64,000 bases of DNA from Candidatus Nanopelagicales bacterium (lineage in GTDB: Bacteria; Actinomycetota; Actinomycetes; S36-B12; JAWKJK01), in assembly GCA_041393815.1 (NCBI GenBank), contig JAWKJK010000003.1, forward strand, positions 153,562 through 217,561, given 5' to 3'. Each line of letters opens with the position of its first letter. The stretch's first letter is position 1. Below, piece by piece: positions 9,017-19,217 of the stretch. Position numbers and translations under genes: made by a program. The notes beneath the pieces are model-generated. The model was not told where the DNA came from. It searched no databases and was given only the letters and a program-made list of their open reading frames with translations.

Positions 9017-9888
9017 GCGCCGTAACCCTCGACCTGGTCGCCGCAGCGGCGACCGCCACGGAGCAGGTCACCTGGTTCGAGGCCGTCGTCCTCGGCGTCC
9101 TGCAGGGGCTCACCGAGTTCCTGCCGATCTCGTCCAGCGCGCACCTGCTCATCGCCTCGCAGCTGTTCGGCTGGGGGGACCCGGGCGCAGCCTTCACTGC
9201 GGTGACACAGATCGGCACCGAGACCGCGGTGATCCTGTTCTTCCGCAAGGACATCGGGCGGATCATCTCGGCCTGGGCGCGATCCCTGGTGCGCCCGGAG
9301 CTGCGCTCGGGTGTCGACGCGCGGATGGGCTGGTACGTCATCCTCGGCACGATCCCGATCGGTGTCCTGGGCTTCCTGTTCGCCGACCAGATCGAGACCG
9401 TGGCGCGCAACCTGTGGCTCGTCGCGTCGATGCTCATCCTGTTCGGCGTGCTGCTCGGGGTCGCGGATGCCCTCGGCAGCCGGACGAAGACGTTCGACGA
9501 CCTGACCATCCGCGACGGCCTGCTGTTCGGGCTGGCCCAGTCGTTGGCGCTGATCCCCGGCGTCTCCCGTTCCGGCGCCACCATCACCGGCGGTCTCGCC
9601 ATGGGCTACACCCGGGCCACCGCGGCCCGGTACGCGTTCCTGCTGGCGATCCCCGCCGTGCTGGCGTCGGGGCTCTTCGAGGCCCTGAAGATCGGTGACC
9701 AGTCCAACGCCGCCTGGGGTCCGACGATCCTCGCCACGGCGATCGCCTTCGTCATCGGCTACGCCGTCATCGCCTGGCTGATGCACTGGCTGTCGACCCG
9801 GTCCTACCTGCCGTTCGTGGTCTATCGGATCGTGCTCGGCCTGCTCGTCATCGTGCTGCTGCTCACCGGCACCCTGTCGGCCACCTGA
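9013..9888 (+). CDS. uppP: undecaprenyl-diphosphate phosphatase
   Basis: [14 protein letters not shown] signature in a polytopic membrane protein, with [13 protein letters not shown]. Confidence 0.9.
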   Translation: MSAVTLDLVAAAATATEQVTWFEAVVLGVLQGLTEFLPISSSAHLLIASQLFGWGDPGAAFTAVTQIGTETAVILFFRKDIGRIISAWARSLVRPELRSGVDARMGWYVILGTIPIGVLGFLFADQIETVARNLWLVASMLILFGVLLGVADALGSRTKTFDDLTIRDGLLFGLAQSLALIPGVSRSGATITGGLAMGYTRATAARYAFLLAIPAVLASGLFEALKIGDQSNAAWGPTILATAIAFVIGYAVIAWLMHWLSTRSYLPFVVYRIVLGLLVIVLLLTGTLSAT

Positions 9889-9946
9889 GCGACACGCCGG
9901 GGGTGTACCGCGCATCCGGCAGCCCGGTGCGGGATGGTGGGGGACC

Positions 9947-10249
9947 GTGGACGTACAGCTGCTGTACTTCGACGACTGCCCCAACTGGACCCTGGCCGAC
10001 GAGCGCCTGCGCCACGCGCTCCGGCTGCTCGGCCGCACCGACGTCTCCCTGACCTACCGCAGGATCGAGACGGAGGAGGAGGCGGAGGCCGTCGGCTTCC
10101 ACGGCTCCCCGACGATCCTGGTCGACGACCGCGACCCGTTCGACAGCGCCGGCGCCGGCGGCGCCCTGTGCTGCCGGGTGTATCGGACCCCGGCTGGTCC
10201 GGCCGGCACGCCCACCGTGCAGCAGCTCGTCGGCGCCCTCAGCTACTGA
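9947..10249 (+). CDS. small thioredoxin-fold-like protein, function unknown
   Basis: MDVQLLYFDDCPNW...GFHGSPTILVDDRDPF. Confidence 0.5.
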   Translation: MDVQLLYFDDCPNWTLADERLRHALRLLGRTDVSLTYRRIETEEEAEAVGFHGSPTILVDDRDPFDSAGAGGALCCRVYRTPAGPAGTPTVQQLVGALSY

Positions 10250-10260
10250 CCGCCTGCTCC

Positions 10261-11289
10261 CTACCCGTTGTGGTTGAAGGCGCGGTACAGCAGGACGCAC
10301 GCGGTGGCCATGACCACCAGCACCATCGGGTACCCCAGCGCCCAGTGCAGCTCGGGCATGGTGTCGAAGTTCATCCCGTAGATCGCGGCGAGCGCGGTGG
10401 GGACGGCGGCGATCGCCACCCAGGCCGAGATCTTGCGCATGTCCGCGTTCTGCTGCAGGTCCAGCCGCGCCGTGGCTGCCATCAGCATGGTCATCAGCAG
10501 GCTGTCGCTGGAGTCGACCAGGTCGTTCGTGCGCAGTACGTGGTCGCCGATGTCGCGGAAGAACGGCAGCAGGTCGGTCGGCACCTGGGTCACCGTCTCC
10601 GCGACCCACTGGTGGGCGATCGGGACCAGCGGCAGTACGGCTCGCCGTACCTCCAGGTTCTCGCGCTTGAGCTCGTAGATGCGCTGCGTGTCGTCGGTCC
10701 GGGCTGGGGAGAACACCAGTTCCTCGACCTGCTCGATGTCGTTCTGGATCTCGTCGGCGACGTTGAGGTAGCCGTCCACCACCGCGTCGATGACGCCGTA
10801 GAGGACGCTGGCCGACCCGTGCCGCAGCAGGTCCGGGGCCGCCTCCAGCCGGGACCGGATCGTGGTCAGCTCCCCACGTACGCCGTGCCGCACGGTCACC
10901 GCGTAGTGCCGCCCCGTGAAGACCGCGATCTGCCCGGTCTCGACGTCCGACGTGGACTCCACGTACCCCAGCACCTTGAGCAGGGCGAACGCGAAGTCCT
11001 CCTCGAGGTCGAACTTGGCGCGCTGCCGCGGGTTCGCGGCGTCCTCCACCTGCAGGTGGTCCAACGAGAAGACGTCCTCCACCGCGGCCAGTTCCGCCGG
11101 ACTCGGGTCGTGCAGCCCGACCCAGACGAACGACTCCTCCTCGTCCACGCGCGCCTTCTCGTACGCCTCGGCGAGCCGGAGCCGCAGCTCGTTCGCCGGG
11201 ATGCCCTCACCCACCAGGGCACTCAGCTCGTGCCCGGTGACGACGTCTCCGGCGCGGTAGTAGCCGATGCCGCGGATCACGCGGGCCAT
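10261..11289 (-). CDS. corA: CorA family magnesium/cobalt transporter
   Basis: C-terminal two TM helices with the YGMNF motif (AAIYGMNFDTMPEL). Confidence 0.85.
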   Translation of the reverse strand: MARVIRGIGYYRAGDVVTGHELSALVGEGIPANELRLRLAEAYEKARVDEEESFVWVGLHDPSPAELAAVEDVFSLDHLQVEDAANPRQRAKFDLEEDFAFALLKVLGYVESTSDVETGQIAVFTGRHYAVTVRHGVRGELTTIRSRLEAAPDLLRHGSASVLYGVIDAVVDGYLNVADEIQNDIEQVEELVFSPARTDDTQRIYELKRENLEVRRAVLPLVPIAHQWVAETVTQVPTDLLPFFRDIGDHVLRTNDLVDSSDSLLMTMLMAATARLDLQQNADMRKISAWVAIAAVPTALAAIYGMNFDTMPELHWALGYPMVLVVMATACVLLYRAFNHNG

Positions 11290-11318
11290 TGTGGGCCCTG
11301 CGGCCTAGGGTTTCGCCC

Positions 11319-12023
11319 GTGACCACGCTGCTCCTCGTCCGGCACGGCCGTACCGCCGCCAACGCGGGCGGGGTGTTGGCCGGCTGGACACCCGGTGTCC
11401 ACCTCGACGACACCGGGCGCCAGCAGGCGGTCCGCCTGGGGGAGCGACTGGCCCCCGTCCCGCTCGCGGCGGTGGTCACCAGCCCCCTGGAGCGCACCCG
11501 GGAGACGGCGGAGGCCCTCGTGGCCGGTCGCGACCCGGCCCCGCCGCTGGAGGTCGACGACCGGCTGGCCGAGTGCCGCTACGGGGACTGGACCGGTCGG
11601 GACCTGAAGTCGCTGGCCAAGGAGCCGCTGTGGAAGACGGTCCAGGCGCACCCGAGTGCCGCGGTCTTCCCGGGGGAGGACGGGGAGCCGATGGCGGCCA
11701 TGGCCGCCCGAGCCGTCGCCGCGGTCCGGGACTGGAACCAGCGGCTCGGCGAGGACGCGGTCTACGCGGCCGTCAGCCACGGCGATGTCATCAAGGCGAT
11801 CCTCGCCGACGCCCTCGGGCTGCACCTGGACCAGTTCCAGCGGCTGCAGGTCGACCCGTGCTCGGTGTCCGTGGTCCGCTACACGCCGCTGCGGCCATTC
11901 GTCGTGCGGGTCAACGACGTCGGGGGAGACGTGTCGTCGCTGGTACCCCCGCCCCCCAAGCGCCGCGGGCGACGGGCCCGGCCGGCCTCGTCCGACGCGG
12001 TCGTGGGCGGCGGGGCGGGCTGA
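11319..12023 (+). CDS. histidine phosphatase family protein (MSMEG_4193-type putative phosphomutase)
   Basis: TTLLLVRHGRTAANAGGVLAGW...SPLERTRETA...VSHGDVIK. Start set at GTG 11319; the track start at 11289 is the alternative. Confidence 0.8.
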   Translation: MTTLLLVRHGRTAANAGGVLAGWTPGVHLDDTGRQQAVRLGERLAPVPLAAVVTSPLERTRETAEALVAGRDPAPPLEVDDRLAECRYGDWTGRDLKSLAKEPLWKTVQAHPSAAVFPGEDGEPMAAMAARAVAAVRDWNQRLGEDAVYAAVSHGDVIKAILADALGLHLDQFQRLQVDPCSVSVVRYTPLRPFVVRVNDVGGDVSSLVPPPPKRRGRRARPASSDAVVGGGAG

Positions 12024-12042
12024 CCGCTTATAGGGTCGGGAC

Positions 12043-12603
12043 GTGCCCCGCCAGGTCTTCGCGTACGACCCGCCCGAGCGCTTCGTCGCCGGCACGGTCG
12101 GTCAGCCCGGCGAGCGGACCTTCTACCTGCAGGCCCGCGCCGACCGCCGGGTGACCAGCGTGGCGCTGGAGAAGGGACAGGTGTCGGTGCTCGCCGAGCG
12201 GGTGGACGGGCTGCTGGACGAGGTGCTGCGGCTGTCGGGCGGTGCGGTCGCCATCCCCGCCGTCGTCCCCTCCGAGCTCGAGGACAACGACCCGCTGGAG
12301 CTGCCGCTGACCGAGGAGTTCCGGGTCGGGGCGATGGCGCTCGGCTGGGACAGCGACGACGACCGGCTGATCATCGAGGCGCACGCGGTCACCGAGGACG
12401 AGTCGGAGATCCCCGAGATCGGCAGCGACTCCTCGGAGGGGCCGGACTGCCTGCGGGTGCGGCTCACGGGCGCCCAGGCGCGGGCGTTCGCCACCCGTTC
12501 TCTGGCGGTCGTGGCGGCCGGACGCCCCCCGTGCCCGTTCTGCCACCTGCCGCTGGACCCCGGCGGCCACATCTGCCCGCGGGCCAACGGCTACCGGCGC
12601 TGA
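12043..12603 (+). CDS. DUF3090 family protein
   Basis: MPRQVFAYDPPERFVAGTVGQPGERTFYLQA...CPFCHLPLDPGGHICPRANGY. Confidence 0.8.
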   Translation: MPRQVFAYDPPERFVAGTVGQPGERTFYLQARADRRVTSVALEKGQVSVLAERVDGLLDEVLRLSGGAVAIPAVVPSELEDNDPLELPLTEEFRVGAMALGWDSDDDRLIIEAHAVTEDESEIPEIGSDSSEGPDCLRVRLTGAQARAFATRSLAVVAAGRPPCPFCHLPLDPGGHICPRANGYRR

Positions 12604-12630
12604 GCCGCTGCCGCTGACGGGTCCGGCGCC

Positions 12631-13443
12631 ATGTCACCGCCGCTGCCACCGGTGTCACCCGAGGTCCTCGACCCGGTGCTGCGGCGCGGGGACCTGGAGG
12701 TCGAGGGGCGCCTGGTCGACGCGTCCAACGCGACGCTGAAGTGCGTCGCGTCGCTGGACGGGGTCGAGGTGTCGTGCGTCTACAAGCCGCGGCGCGGCGA
12801 GCGCCCGCTCTGGGACTTCCCGACCGGCACCCTGGGCGAGCGCGAGGTCGCCGCGTACGAGGTGTCCGCCGCGAGCGGCTGGGACCTGGTCCCGGTCACG
12901 GTGTGGCGGGAGGAGGGCCGCTTCGGGCCGGGGATGTGCCAGGCCTGGGTGGACGTCGACGAGCGGTCCGCACTGGTGGACGTCGTGCCGCGTGCCGCCG
13001 TACCTCCCGGCTGGCGCGACGTGGTCGACGCGGAAGGCCCGGGCGGGGCCCCGGTGAGCCTGGTGCACGCCGACAACGGCGATCTGCGTCGTCTCGCCGT
13101 CCTCGACGCCGTCATCAACAACGCGGACCGCAAGGGCGGGCACGTGCTGGTGGGCACCGACGGTCGGACGTACGGGATCGACCACGGCGTGACGTTCCAC
13201 GACGAGCCGAAGCTGCGCACCGTGCTGTGGGGCTGGGCGGGGGAGCCGCTCGGCGACGAGCTCGAGGGCGACCTGGAGCGGCTGCTGGACCTGCTCGACG
13301 GGTCGCTGGGTACCGAGCTGGCCGGGCTGCTGAGCCGGGCCGAGGTCCGCGCCACGGTCGACCGGGCGCACCGGCTGCACGCCCGCGCGGTGTTCCCGTA
13401 CCCCGGAGAGGGTTGGCCGTCCCTGCCCTGGCCAGCGTTCTAG
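12631..13443 (+). CDS. SCO1664 family protein (PI3/4-kinase-like fold)
   Basis: VYKPRRGERPLWDFP...LAVLDAVINNADRKGGHVL...IDHGVTFH. Confidence 0.8.
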   Translation: MSPPLPPVSPEVLDPVLRRGDLEVEGRLVDASNATLKCVASLDGVEVSCVYKPRRGERPLWDFPTGTLGEREVAAYEVSAASGWDLVPVTVWREEGRFGPGMCQAWVDVDERSALVDVVPRAAVPPGWRDVVDAEGPGGAPVSLVHADNGDLRRLAVLDAVINNADRKGGHVLVGTDGRTYGIDHGVTFHDEPKLRTVLWGWAGEPLGDELEGDLERLLDLLDGSLGTELAGLLSRAEVRATVDRAHRLHARAVFPYPGEGWPSLPWPAF

Positions 13444-13536
13444 CGCGGATCCGGCAGCGCGCTTCTTGTTGGGGGACAGTGGATTTCTCGTGTCGATCTC
13501 TTGCGCTGGTGGCATTGTGGGTCTAGACTCGTACTG

Positions 13537-15208
13537 ATGTTCGAACAGTCGGTGGTACCCGCTCCGTCGGTGTCGCGCGCGGCGGATGCCGCGCTGCTGG
13601 CCGAGGCGGTCGCGGCGGGTCCGGGTGCGGTGGCGGTGGGGCTGCTGGAGCGGATCGACCCCTCGGTGTTGGACGAGCACGACCGGGTGTCGTTCATGAC
13701 CGCCTGGCAGGCAGCCGCCGCGTGGGCGACCGCGCGGTCGTACGCGGCGATGGTTCCGGTGGTCGGACCGCGGGAGCTGCCCAGCGCGGAGTCGACCCGC
13801 TGCCCGGAGGCGGTGTGCGAGGAGTCGGTGGTCGCCGAGGTCGCCGCGGCCTGCCGGTTGTCCACGTCCGCGGCGACGGATCGGGTGGTGACCGCGCGGT
13901 TCCTGGCCGGGCCTGGTGCCCCGGTCGCTGCGCTGCTGGGCGCCGGGGTGTGGTCGTTCTCGCATCTGCGGGTGGTGCAGTGCGAGACCGCCGGCCTCCC
14001 GGCTCGTCTGGCCGCCGCGGTCATCGCCGAGGTCGCCGCGGCGTCGATGCCCGGCGCGGACGGGACGCCGTCACGGCTGGACGGCGAGACCCCGGGCCGG
14101 CTGCGGCAGCGGGTCCGGCGCACCGCGCTGCGCCGGGACCCCGCCGCGGCCACGGCGCGGATCGAGTCCCGCCGCAGGGAGCGGTCGTGCCGCATCGGCG
14201 CGGAGGCGGACTTCCGGTCCCGGCTGACCGTCGACGGTCCGCATCCGATGATCCGGTGGGCGTTCGCCCAGTTCGACGCCTGGGCCCGGCACCGCCAGAC
14301 CCTGCTGAAGGGGGCCAGCCCCGCCGACCGCGACCAGATCCTGGGCCGGTGCACCTGCGGCACCCGCGCCACGATCGGCGCAGCCCGCAGCGGCGGGCGG
14401 CCCGAGGCCCGTGACGCCGGGGAGACCCGCGGCGCCGGCGAGGGCCGCCAGGAGGCGCATGACCCGGTGTGTCCGCAGCACGTGGACACCTCGCGGGAGG
14501 CGCTGCGCGCCGACGCCGTGATCGAGTCCGCAAGGCTGCTGGCCGCCTCCCTTCGCGAGCACGGTGGCCCCGAGCCCGATGCCGAACCCGGTGCCGAGCC
14601 GGCCGGCGGGCGGGCCGGTCCTGGTCTCAGGCCGTCGTCGTCGTGGACACGCCGACCCTGTTCGGGCTGGCCGACGAGCCCGGCTGGGTGCCCGGCTACG
14701 GCTGGGTCCCCGCCCCATCGCCCGGCAGCTGGCCGGCGACGCCGACAACTGGCGCCGGTTCCTCACCGACCACGGCCGCCTGATCGCCACCGGCGACAAC
14801 CGCTACCGGCCCAGCGACCGGCTCCGCGAGCTCGTGACCGCCCGGGACACCGTGTGCACCTTCCCCGGCTGCACCATCCCCTCCACCGCCACCGACCTGG
14901 ACCACGTGGCGAACTTCGACGGCGCGAACACCACCGCCGCCAACCTGCACCCCGCCTGCCGGCGGCACCACCGCATCAAGACCCACGGCACCTGGACGGC
15001 AGGCACCGACCCCGGCGGCACCGGGCGGATCCGCTGGACCAGCCCCACCGGCCACACCTACCTCCAACCCCCCCAACCGCTGTGGGACACCGGACCCCCC
15101 GGCCTCACGCGCGCCCCCGACCAGACACCCCGTGACCACCGGCCCGGCGACGAACCGCGCGCGGATCAGCCGGACAGCCCCTGGACCCTCCGGTACATCG
15201 CCGCCTGA
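13537..15208 (+). pseudogene. DUF222 / HNH endonuclease gene (REP13E12-like family) disrupted by two frameshifts
   Basis: The N-terminal DUF222-like part runs in the 13537 frame. QAVVVVDTPTLFGLADEPGWVPGYGWVPAP is in the 14469 frame. WRRFLTDHGRLIATGDNRYRPSDRLRELVTARDTVCTFPGCTIPSTATDLDHV...CRRHHRIKTH is in the 14564 frame. Confidence 0.75.
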
Positions 15209-15249
15209 CCGCACCGGCGGGCACCGCCTGCCGCGGATAGGGTCCGCAC

Positions 15250-16476
15250 ATGCTGTCCTGGCCGTCTGCCCCGGTGCCGATCCTCCCCGGCCGCGGGCTT
15301 CCGGTGCGGCTGTACGACACCGCGACGACCGAGATCCGCCCGACCGCCCCGGGGGCCACCGCGCGGATGTACGTCTGCGGCATCACCCCGTACGACGCCA
15401 CCCACATGGGGCACGCGGCCACGTACGTCACCTTCGACCTGCTCAACCGGGCGTGGCGGGACGCCGGCCACGAGGTCCACTACGTACAAAACGTGACCGA
15501 CGTCGACGACCCCCTGCTGGAGCGGGCTGTGGCCACGGGCCAGGACTGGCGGGTGCTCGCCGACCGGGAGACGGCGCTCTTCCGCGAGGACATGGCGGCG
15601 CTGCGGGTGCTCGCGCCGGACCAGTACATCGGCGCGGTGGAGTCGATCCCGTCCGTGGTCGCCTACACCCGGCGGCTGCAGGAGCGCGGTGCGGTGTACG
15701 AGGTCGACGGCGACCTCTACTTCGACGTGCACAGCGACCCGCGGTTCGGGTCGGTGGCCAACCTGCCGGTGGACGAGATGCGCGCGCTGTTCGCCGAGCG
15801 CGGGGGAGACCCCGACCGGCCCGGGAAACGGCACCCGCTGGACTGCCTGGTCTGGCAGACCGCCCGCCCGGACGAGCCGGCCTGGGACACCGACCTGGGG
15901 CACGGGCGCCCCGGCTGGCACATCGAGTGCGTCGCCATCGCCCTGGACCACCTGGGGATGACCTTCGACGTGCAGGGCGGTGGCCGGGACCTGGCGTTCC
16001 CGCACCACGAGATGGGCGCGTCGCAGGGGCAGGTGCTGGCGGCGGAGTGGCCGTACGCGCGGCACTACGTGCACACCGGGATGGTCGGCCTCGACGGCGA
16101 GAAGATGAGCAAGTCCCGCGGCAACCTGGTGTTCGTCTCGCGGTTGCGCGCGTCGGGGCATGATCCGTCGGCGATCCGGCTGGCCCTGCTCGGGCACCAC
16201 TACCGGCGTGACTGGGAGTGGCGGCACGACGACCTGGTAGCCGCGGAGGAGCGGCTGGGCCGCTGGCGGGCGGCGGTGTCCGCCCCGGCCGGGCCGGCGG
16301 CGGCCCCGGTGCTGGATCGGGTCCGCGAGTGCCTGGCCGACGACCTCGACGCCCCGGGGGCACTGGCCGCGGTGGACCGCTGGGCCGAGGGGGCCCGGCT
16401 GCGCCAAGGTTCGGACGTCGCGGCCCCCGCCCTGGTCCGCGACCTCGTGGACTCCCTCCTCGGCGTCGACCTCTGA
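15250..16476 (+). CDS. mshC: L-cysteine:1D-myo-inositol 2-amino-2-deoxy-alpha-D-glucopyranoside ligase (mycothiol synthesis)
   Basis: [30 protein letters not shown] and KMSKSRGN mark a class I CysRS-like enzyme without an anticodon-binding extension. Confidence 0.9.
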   Translation: MLSWPSAPVPILPGRGLPVRLYDTATTEIRPTAPGATARMYVCGITPYDATHMGHAATYVTFDLLNRAWRDAGHEVHYVQNVTDVDDPLLERAVATGQDWRVLADRETALFREDMAALRVLAPDQYIGAVESIPSVVAYTRRLQERGAVYEVDGDLYFDVHSDPRFGSVANLPVDEMRALFAERGGDPDRPGKRHPLDCLVWQTARPDEPAWDTDLGHGRPGWHIECVAIALDHLGMTFDVQGGGRDLAFPHHEMGASQGQVLAAEWPYARHYVHTGMVGLDGEKMSKSRGNLVFVSRLRASGHDPSAIRLALLGHHYRRDWEWRHDDLVAAEERLGRWRAAVSAPAGPAAAPVLDRVRECLADDLDAPGALAAVDRWAEGARLRQGSDVAAPALVRDLVDSLLGVDL

Positions 16477-16491
16477 CCGGATCAAGATCGC

Positions 16492-16553
16492 CGCGAGACA
16501 CCAGAACGGGCCTGGCATCCGGGTACGGATCGGGCCCCTTCTGGTGTCTCGCG
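16492..16553. terminator. long hairpin just after the mshC stop
   Basis: CGCGAGACACCAGAA, 32-nt loop, TTCTGGTGTCTCGCG: a perfect 15-bp stem. Confidence 0.4.
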
Positions 16554-16583
16554 AGGATCACCTCGTGACACGCCGCCCAACCT

Positions 16584-16616
16584 GGCCACACGATCCGCTA
16601 AGCGGATCGTGTGGCC
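16584..16616. repeat. family-1 palindromic repeat, copy 3 (reverse, solo)
   Basis: GGCCACACGATCCGC-TAA-GCGGATCGTGTGGCC, preceded by GACACGCCGCCCAACCT. Confidence 0.9.
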
Positions 16617-16638
16617 GAGTCTCCCGGGCGGCGGGGCG

Positions 16639-17673
16639 TCAGGACTTCTTCTCGTCGTGGCCGCCGAACTGCTTGCGCATCGCGGACATCACCTTGTCCG
16701 CGAACAGGTCGTTGCCCTGGGAGGCGAACCGCTCGTACAGGGCCGCGGTGAGCACCGGCGCCGGCACCCCCTCCTCGATCGCCGCGATCGAGGTCCAGCG
16801 GCCCTCGCCGGAGTCCGACACCCGGCCGGAGAACTCGGCCAGGTCGGGCGAGGCCACCAGCGCCTCCGCCGTCAGGTCCAGCAGCCACGAGCCGACCACC
16901 GACCCGCGACGCCAGACCTCGGCCACGGCAGGGATGTCCAACGTGTACTGGTAGAACTCCGGGTGCTCCAGCGGCGCGGTCTCCGCGTCCTGGTCCCGGG
17001 ACCGCGAGCCCTCGTCGGCGTTCTTGAGGATGTTCAGGCCCTCGGCGTAGGCGGCCATGAGCCCGTACTCGATGCCGTTGTGGACCATCTTCACGAAGTG
17101 GCCGGCCCCGCTCGGACCACAGTGCAGCCAGCCCTCCTCCGCCGGTGTCACGTCGCCGGACCGCCCGGGCGTGCGGGGCGCCGAGTCGTACCCCGGCGCG
17201 ATCGAGCGCCACAGCGGCGCGAGCCGGTCCACCGCCGTGTCGTGCCCGCCGATCATCAGGCAGTAGCCCCGGTCCAGGCCCCAGACCCCGCCGGACGTGC
17301 CGCAGTCGACGAAGTGAACCCCGCGCGGGTCCAGTGCCTGCGCGCGCCGGATGTCGTCGCGGTAGTACGAGTTGCCGCCGTCGATGAGCACGTCGTCGGC
17401 CTCGAGCAGCCCTCCCAGGGTCGTCACCACTTCCTCGGTGATGTCCCCGGCCGGCACCATGATCCAGGCGGCCCGCGGCTTCTCCAACTTGGCGACGAAG
17501 TCCTCGTACGAGGACGCGCCGACGGCGCCCTCCGCGACCAGCGCCTCCACGTTGGCGGGGTTCACGTCGTAGACGACGGCGCGGTGGCCGTCGCGCATGA
17601 TCCGCCGCACGATGTTGGCGCCCATCCGGCCCAGGCCCACCATTCCCAGCTGCATCGGCGTGTCGGTCGGCAC
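16639..17673 (-). CDS. gnd: 6-phosphogluconate dehydrogenase (decarboxylating), short form
   Basis: [18 protein letters not shown]...[24 protein letters not shown] 17673 has a GAGGAGGA SD; ATG 17655 is the alternative start. Confidence 0.85.
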   Translation of the reverse strand: MPTDTPMQLGMVGLGRMGANIVRRIMRDGHRAVVYDVNPANVEALVAEGAVGASSYEDFVAKLEKPRAAWIMVPAGDITEEVVTTLGGLLEADDVLIDGGNSYYRDDIRRAQALDPRGVHFVDCGTSGGVWGLDRGYCLMIGGHDTAVDRLAPLWRSIAPGYDSAPRTPGRSGDVTPAEEGWLHCGPSGAGHFVKMVHNGIEYGLMAAYAEGLNILKNADEGSRSRDQDAETAPLEHPEFYQYTLDIPAVAEVWRRGSVVGSWLLDLTAEALVASPDLAEFSGRVSDSGEGRWTSIAAIEEGVPAPVLTAALYERFASQGNDLFADKVMSAMRKQFGGHDEKKS

Positions 17674-17730
17674 GGGTCCTCCTCGCGTCGTGGTGGCGTC
17701 GTCGGTCACGCTAGTGGAAGGGTGGGCGCC

Positions 17731-19146
17731 ATGACGGCCGCGACCGCTGACCGGTTGGTCATCTTCGGAATCACCGGCGACCTCGGGCACAAGATGACGC
17801 TTCCCGCGCTGTACGCGCTGGAGAAGCGGGGCCTGCTGCCCTGCCCCGTCGTCGGGGTCGCCGGGGATGACGGCGACGACGACTCGCTGCGCACCCGCGC
17901 CCGCAGCGCGGTGGAGGAGTGGGCCAAGGACGAGGGTGACCCCGTCGACGAGGGGGCGTTCGGGCGGCTGGCCGGCAAGCTCAGCTACCTGTCGGGCAAC
18001 TTCACCGACGGCGACCTGTACGAGCGGCTGGCGTCCCGGCTGGCCGGCGCGCAGGCCCCCGCGTTCTACCTGGAGATCCCGCCGTCGCTGTTCGCACCCG
18101 TGGTGGAGCAGCTCGGCGCGGCGGGGCTCACCGCGAACGCCCGAGTGGCGGTGGAGAAGCCGTTCGGCACCGACCTCGCCAGCGCCCGCGACCTCAACTC
18201 CCGGCTGCACGCGGTGATCCGCGAGGACCAGCTGTTCCGCATCGACCACTTCCTCGGCAAGGAACCGGTGCAGGACATCCTGTACCTGCGCTTCGCCAAC
18301 GCCCTGCTCGAGCCGGTGTGGAGCCGGGAGTACGTCGACAGCATCCAGATCACCATGGCCGAGTCCTTCGGGGTGGAGGACCGCGGGTCCTTCTACGACC
18401 GGGTCGGCACGCTGCGGGACGTGGTGCAGAACCACCTGCTGCAGGCCCTGGCGCTGACCATGATGGACGCGCCGGGCCCCGGACACGACGCCATTCAGCA
18501 GCACCGGGTCGAGGTGTTCCGGTCGATCCTCCCGATCGACCCGGCGCACGTGGTGCGCGGCCAGTACGACGGCTACCGGCAGATCCACGGCGTCGACCCG
18601 GACTCCAACACCGAGACGTTCGTGGCACTGCGGCTGAGCATCGACTCGTGGCGCTGGGCAGGCGTGCCCATCCTCATCCGGGCGGGCAAGCGCATGCCGG
18701 TCACCGCCACCGAGATCGTCGTACGCCTGAAGAAGGTCCCGCGGCTCCGCCTGGGCGACCGCAGCTGGGCGCCGCCCGGCCACGACGACCTGGTCTTGCG
18801 GATCGGTCAGGGCGCAGGCGTGGGCTCCGGCCTCACCCTCGGGCTGCGGGTGAAGGAGCCCGGGCGCGACGTGAGCGCACCGGTCGACATGTCGGTCGAC
18901 TTCCGCCAGACGCTGGGCGAGCCGCCGGCACCGTACGAGCGGCTGCTGCACGACCTGGTGATCGGCGATCGCATGCTCTTCCCGACCTGGGACGGCGTCG
19001 AGGCCACCTGGGAGATCGTGCAGCCGCTGCTGGACGCCGGGCCCGACGTGCAGCCGTACGCCCCCGGCAGTTGGGGGCCGTCGGCCGCGGACGGGCTGGC
19101 GCGCCCCCTCGGCGGCTGGCGCCAGCCCACCGTCGGCGCCCCGTGA
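17731..19146 (+). CDS. zwf: glucose-6-phosphate dehydrogenase
   Basis: [20 protein letters not shown]...[11 protein letters not shown]...RIDHFLGKE. This is the real part of the 845-aa track ORF. Confidence 0.9.
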   Translation: MTAATADRLVIFGITGDLGHKMTLPALYALEKRGLLPCPVVGVAGDDGDDDSLRTRARSAVEEWAKDEGDPVDEGAFGRLAGKLSYLSGNFTDGDLYERLASRLAGAQAPAFYLEIPPSLFAPVVEQLGAAGLTANARVAVEKPFGTDLASARDLNSRLHAVIREDQLFRIDHFLGKEPVQDILYLRFANALLEPVWSREYVDSIQITMAESFGVEDRGSFYDRVGTLRDVVQNHLLQALALTMMDAPGPGHDAIQQHRVEVFRSILPIDPAHVVRGQYDGYRQIHGVDPDSNTETFVALRLSIDSWRWAGVPILIRAGKRMPVTATEIVVRLKKVPRLRLGDRSWAPPGHDDLVLRIGQGAGVGSGLTLGLRVKEPGRDVSAPVDMSVDFRQTLGEPPAPYERLLHDLVIGDRMLFPTWDGVEATWEIVQPLLDAGPDVQPYAPGSWGPSAADGLARPLGGWRQPTVGAP

Positions 19147-19157
19147 CCGATCCGCCC

Positions 19158-19193
19158 GTGCCACCTGCCCAGCCCGTGCCACCTGCCCAGCCC
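19158..19193. repeat. exact 18-bp tandem duplication in the zwf-pgi spacer
   Basis: GTGCCACCTGCCCAGCCC occurs twice in tandem. Confidence 0.9.
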
Positions 19194-19217
19194 GCGCCCG
19201 ATCGACCGGAGGACATC

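Noticed and set aside
16609-19182. Paired 845-aa (+) and 847-aa (-) ORFs that look like two giant overlapping genes.
   Set aside because: Only the 3' part of each is real: zwf from 17731 on the + strand, and gnd up to 17673 on the - strand. The remainders are antisense read-through of each other's coding sequence with no homology-like features.
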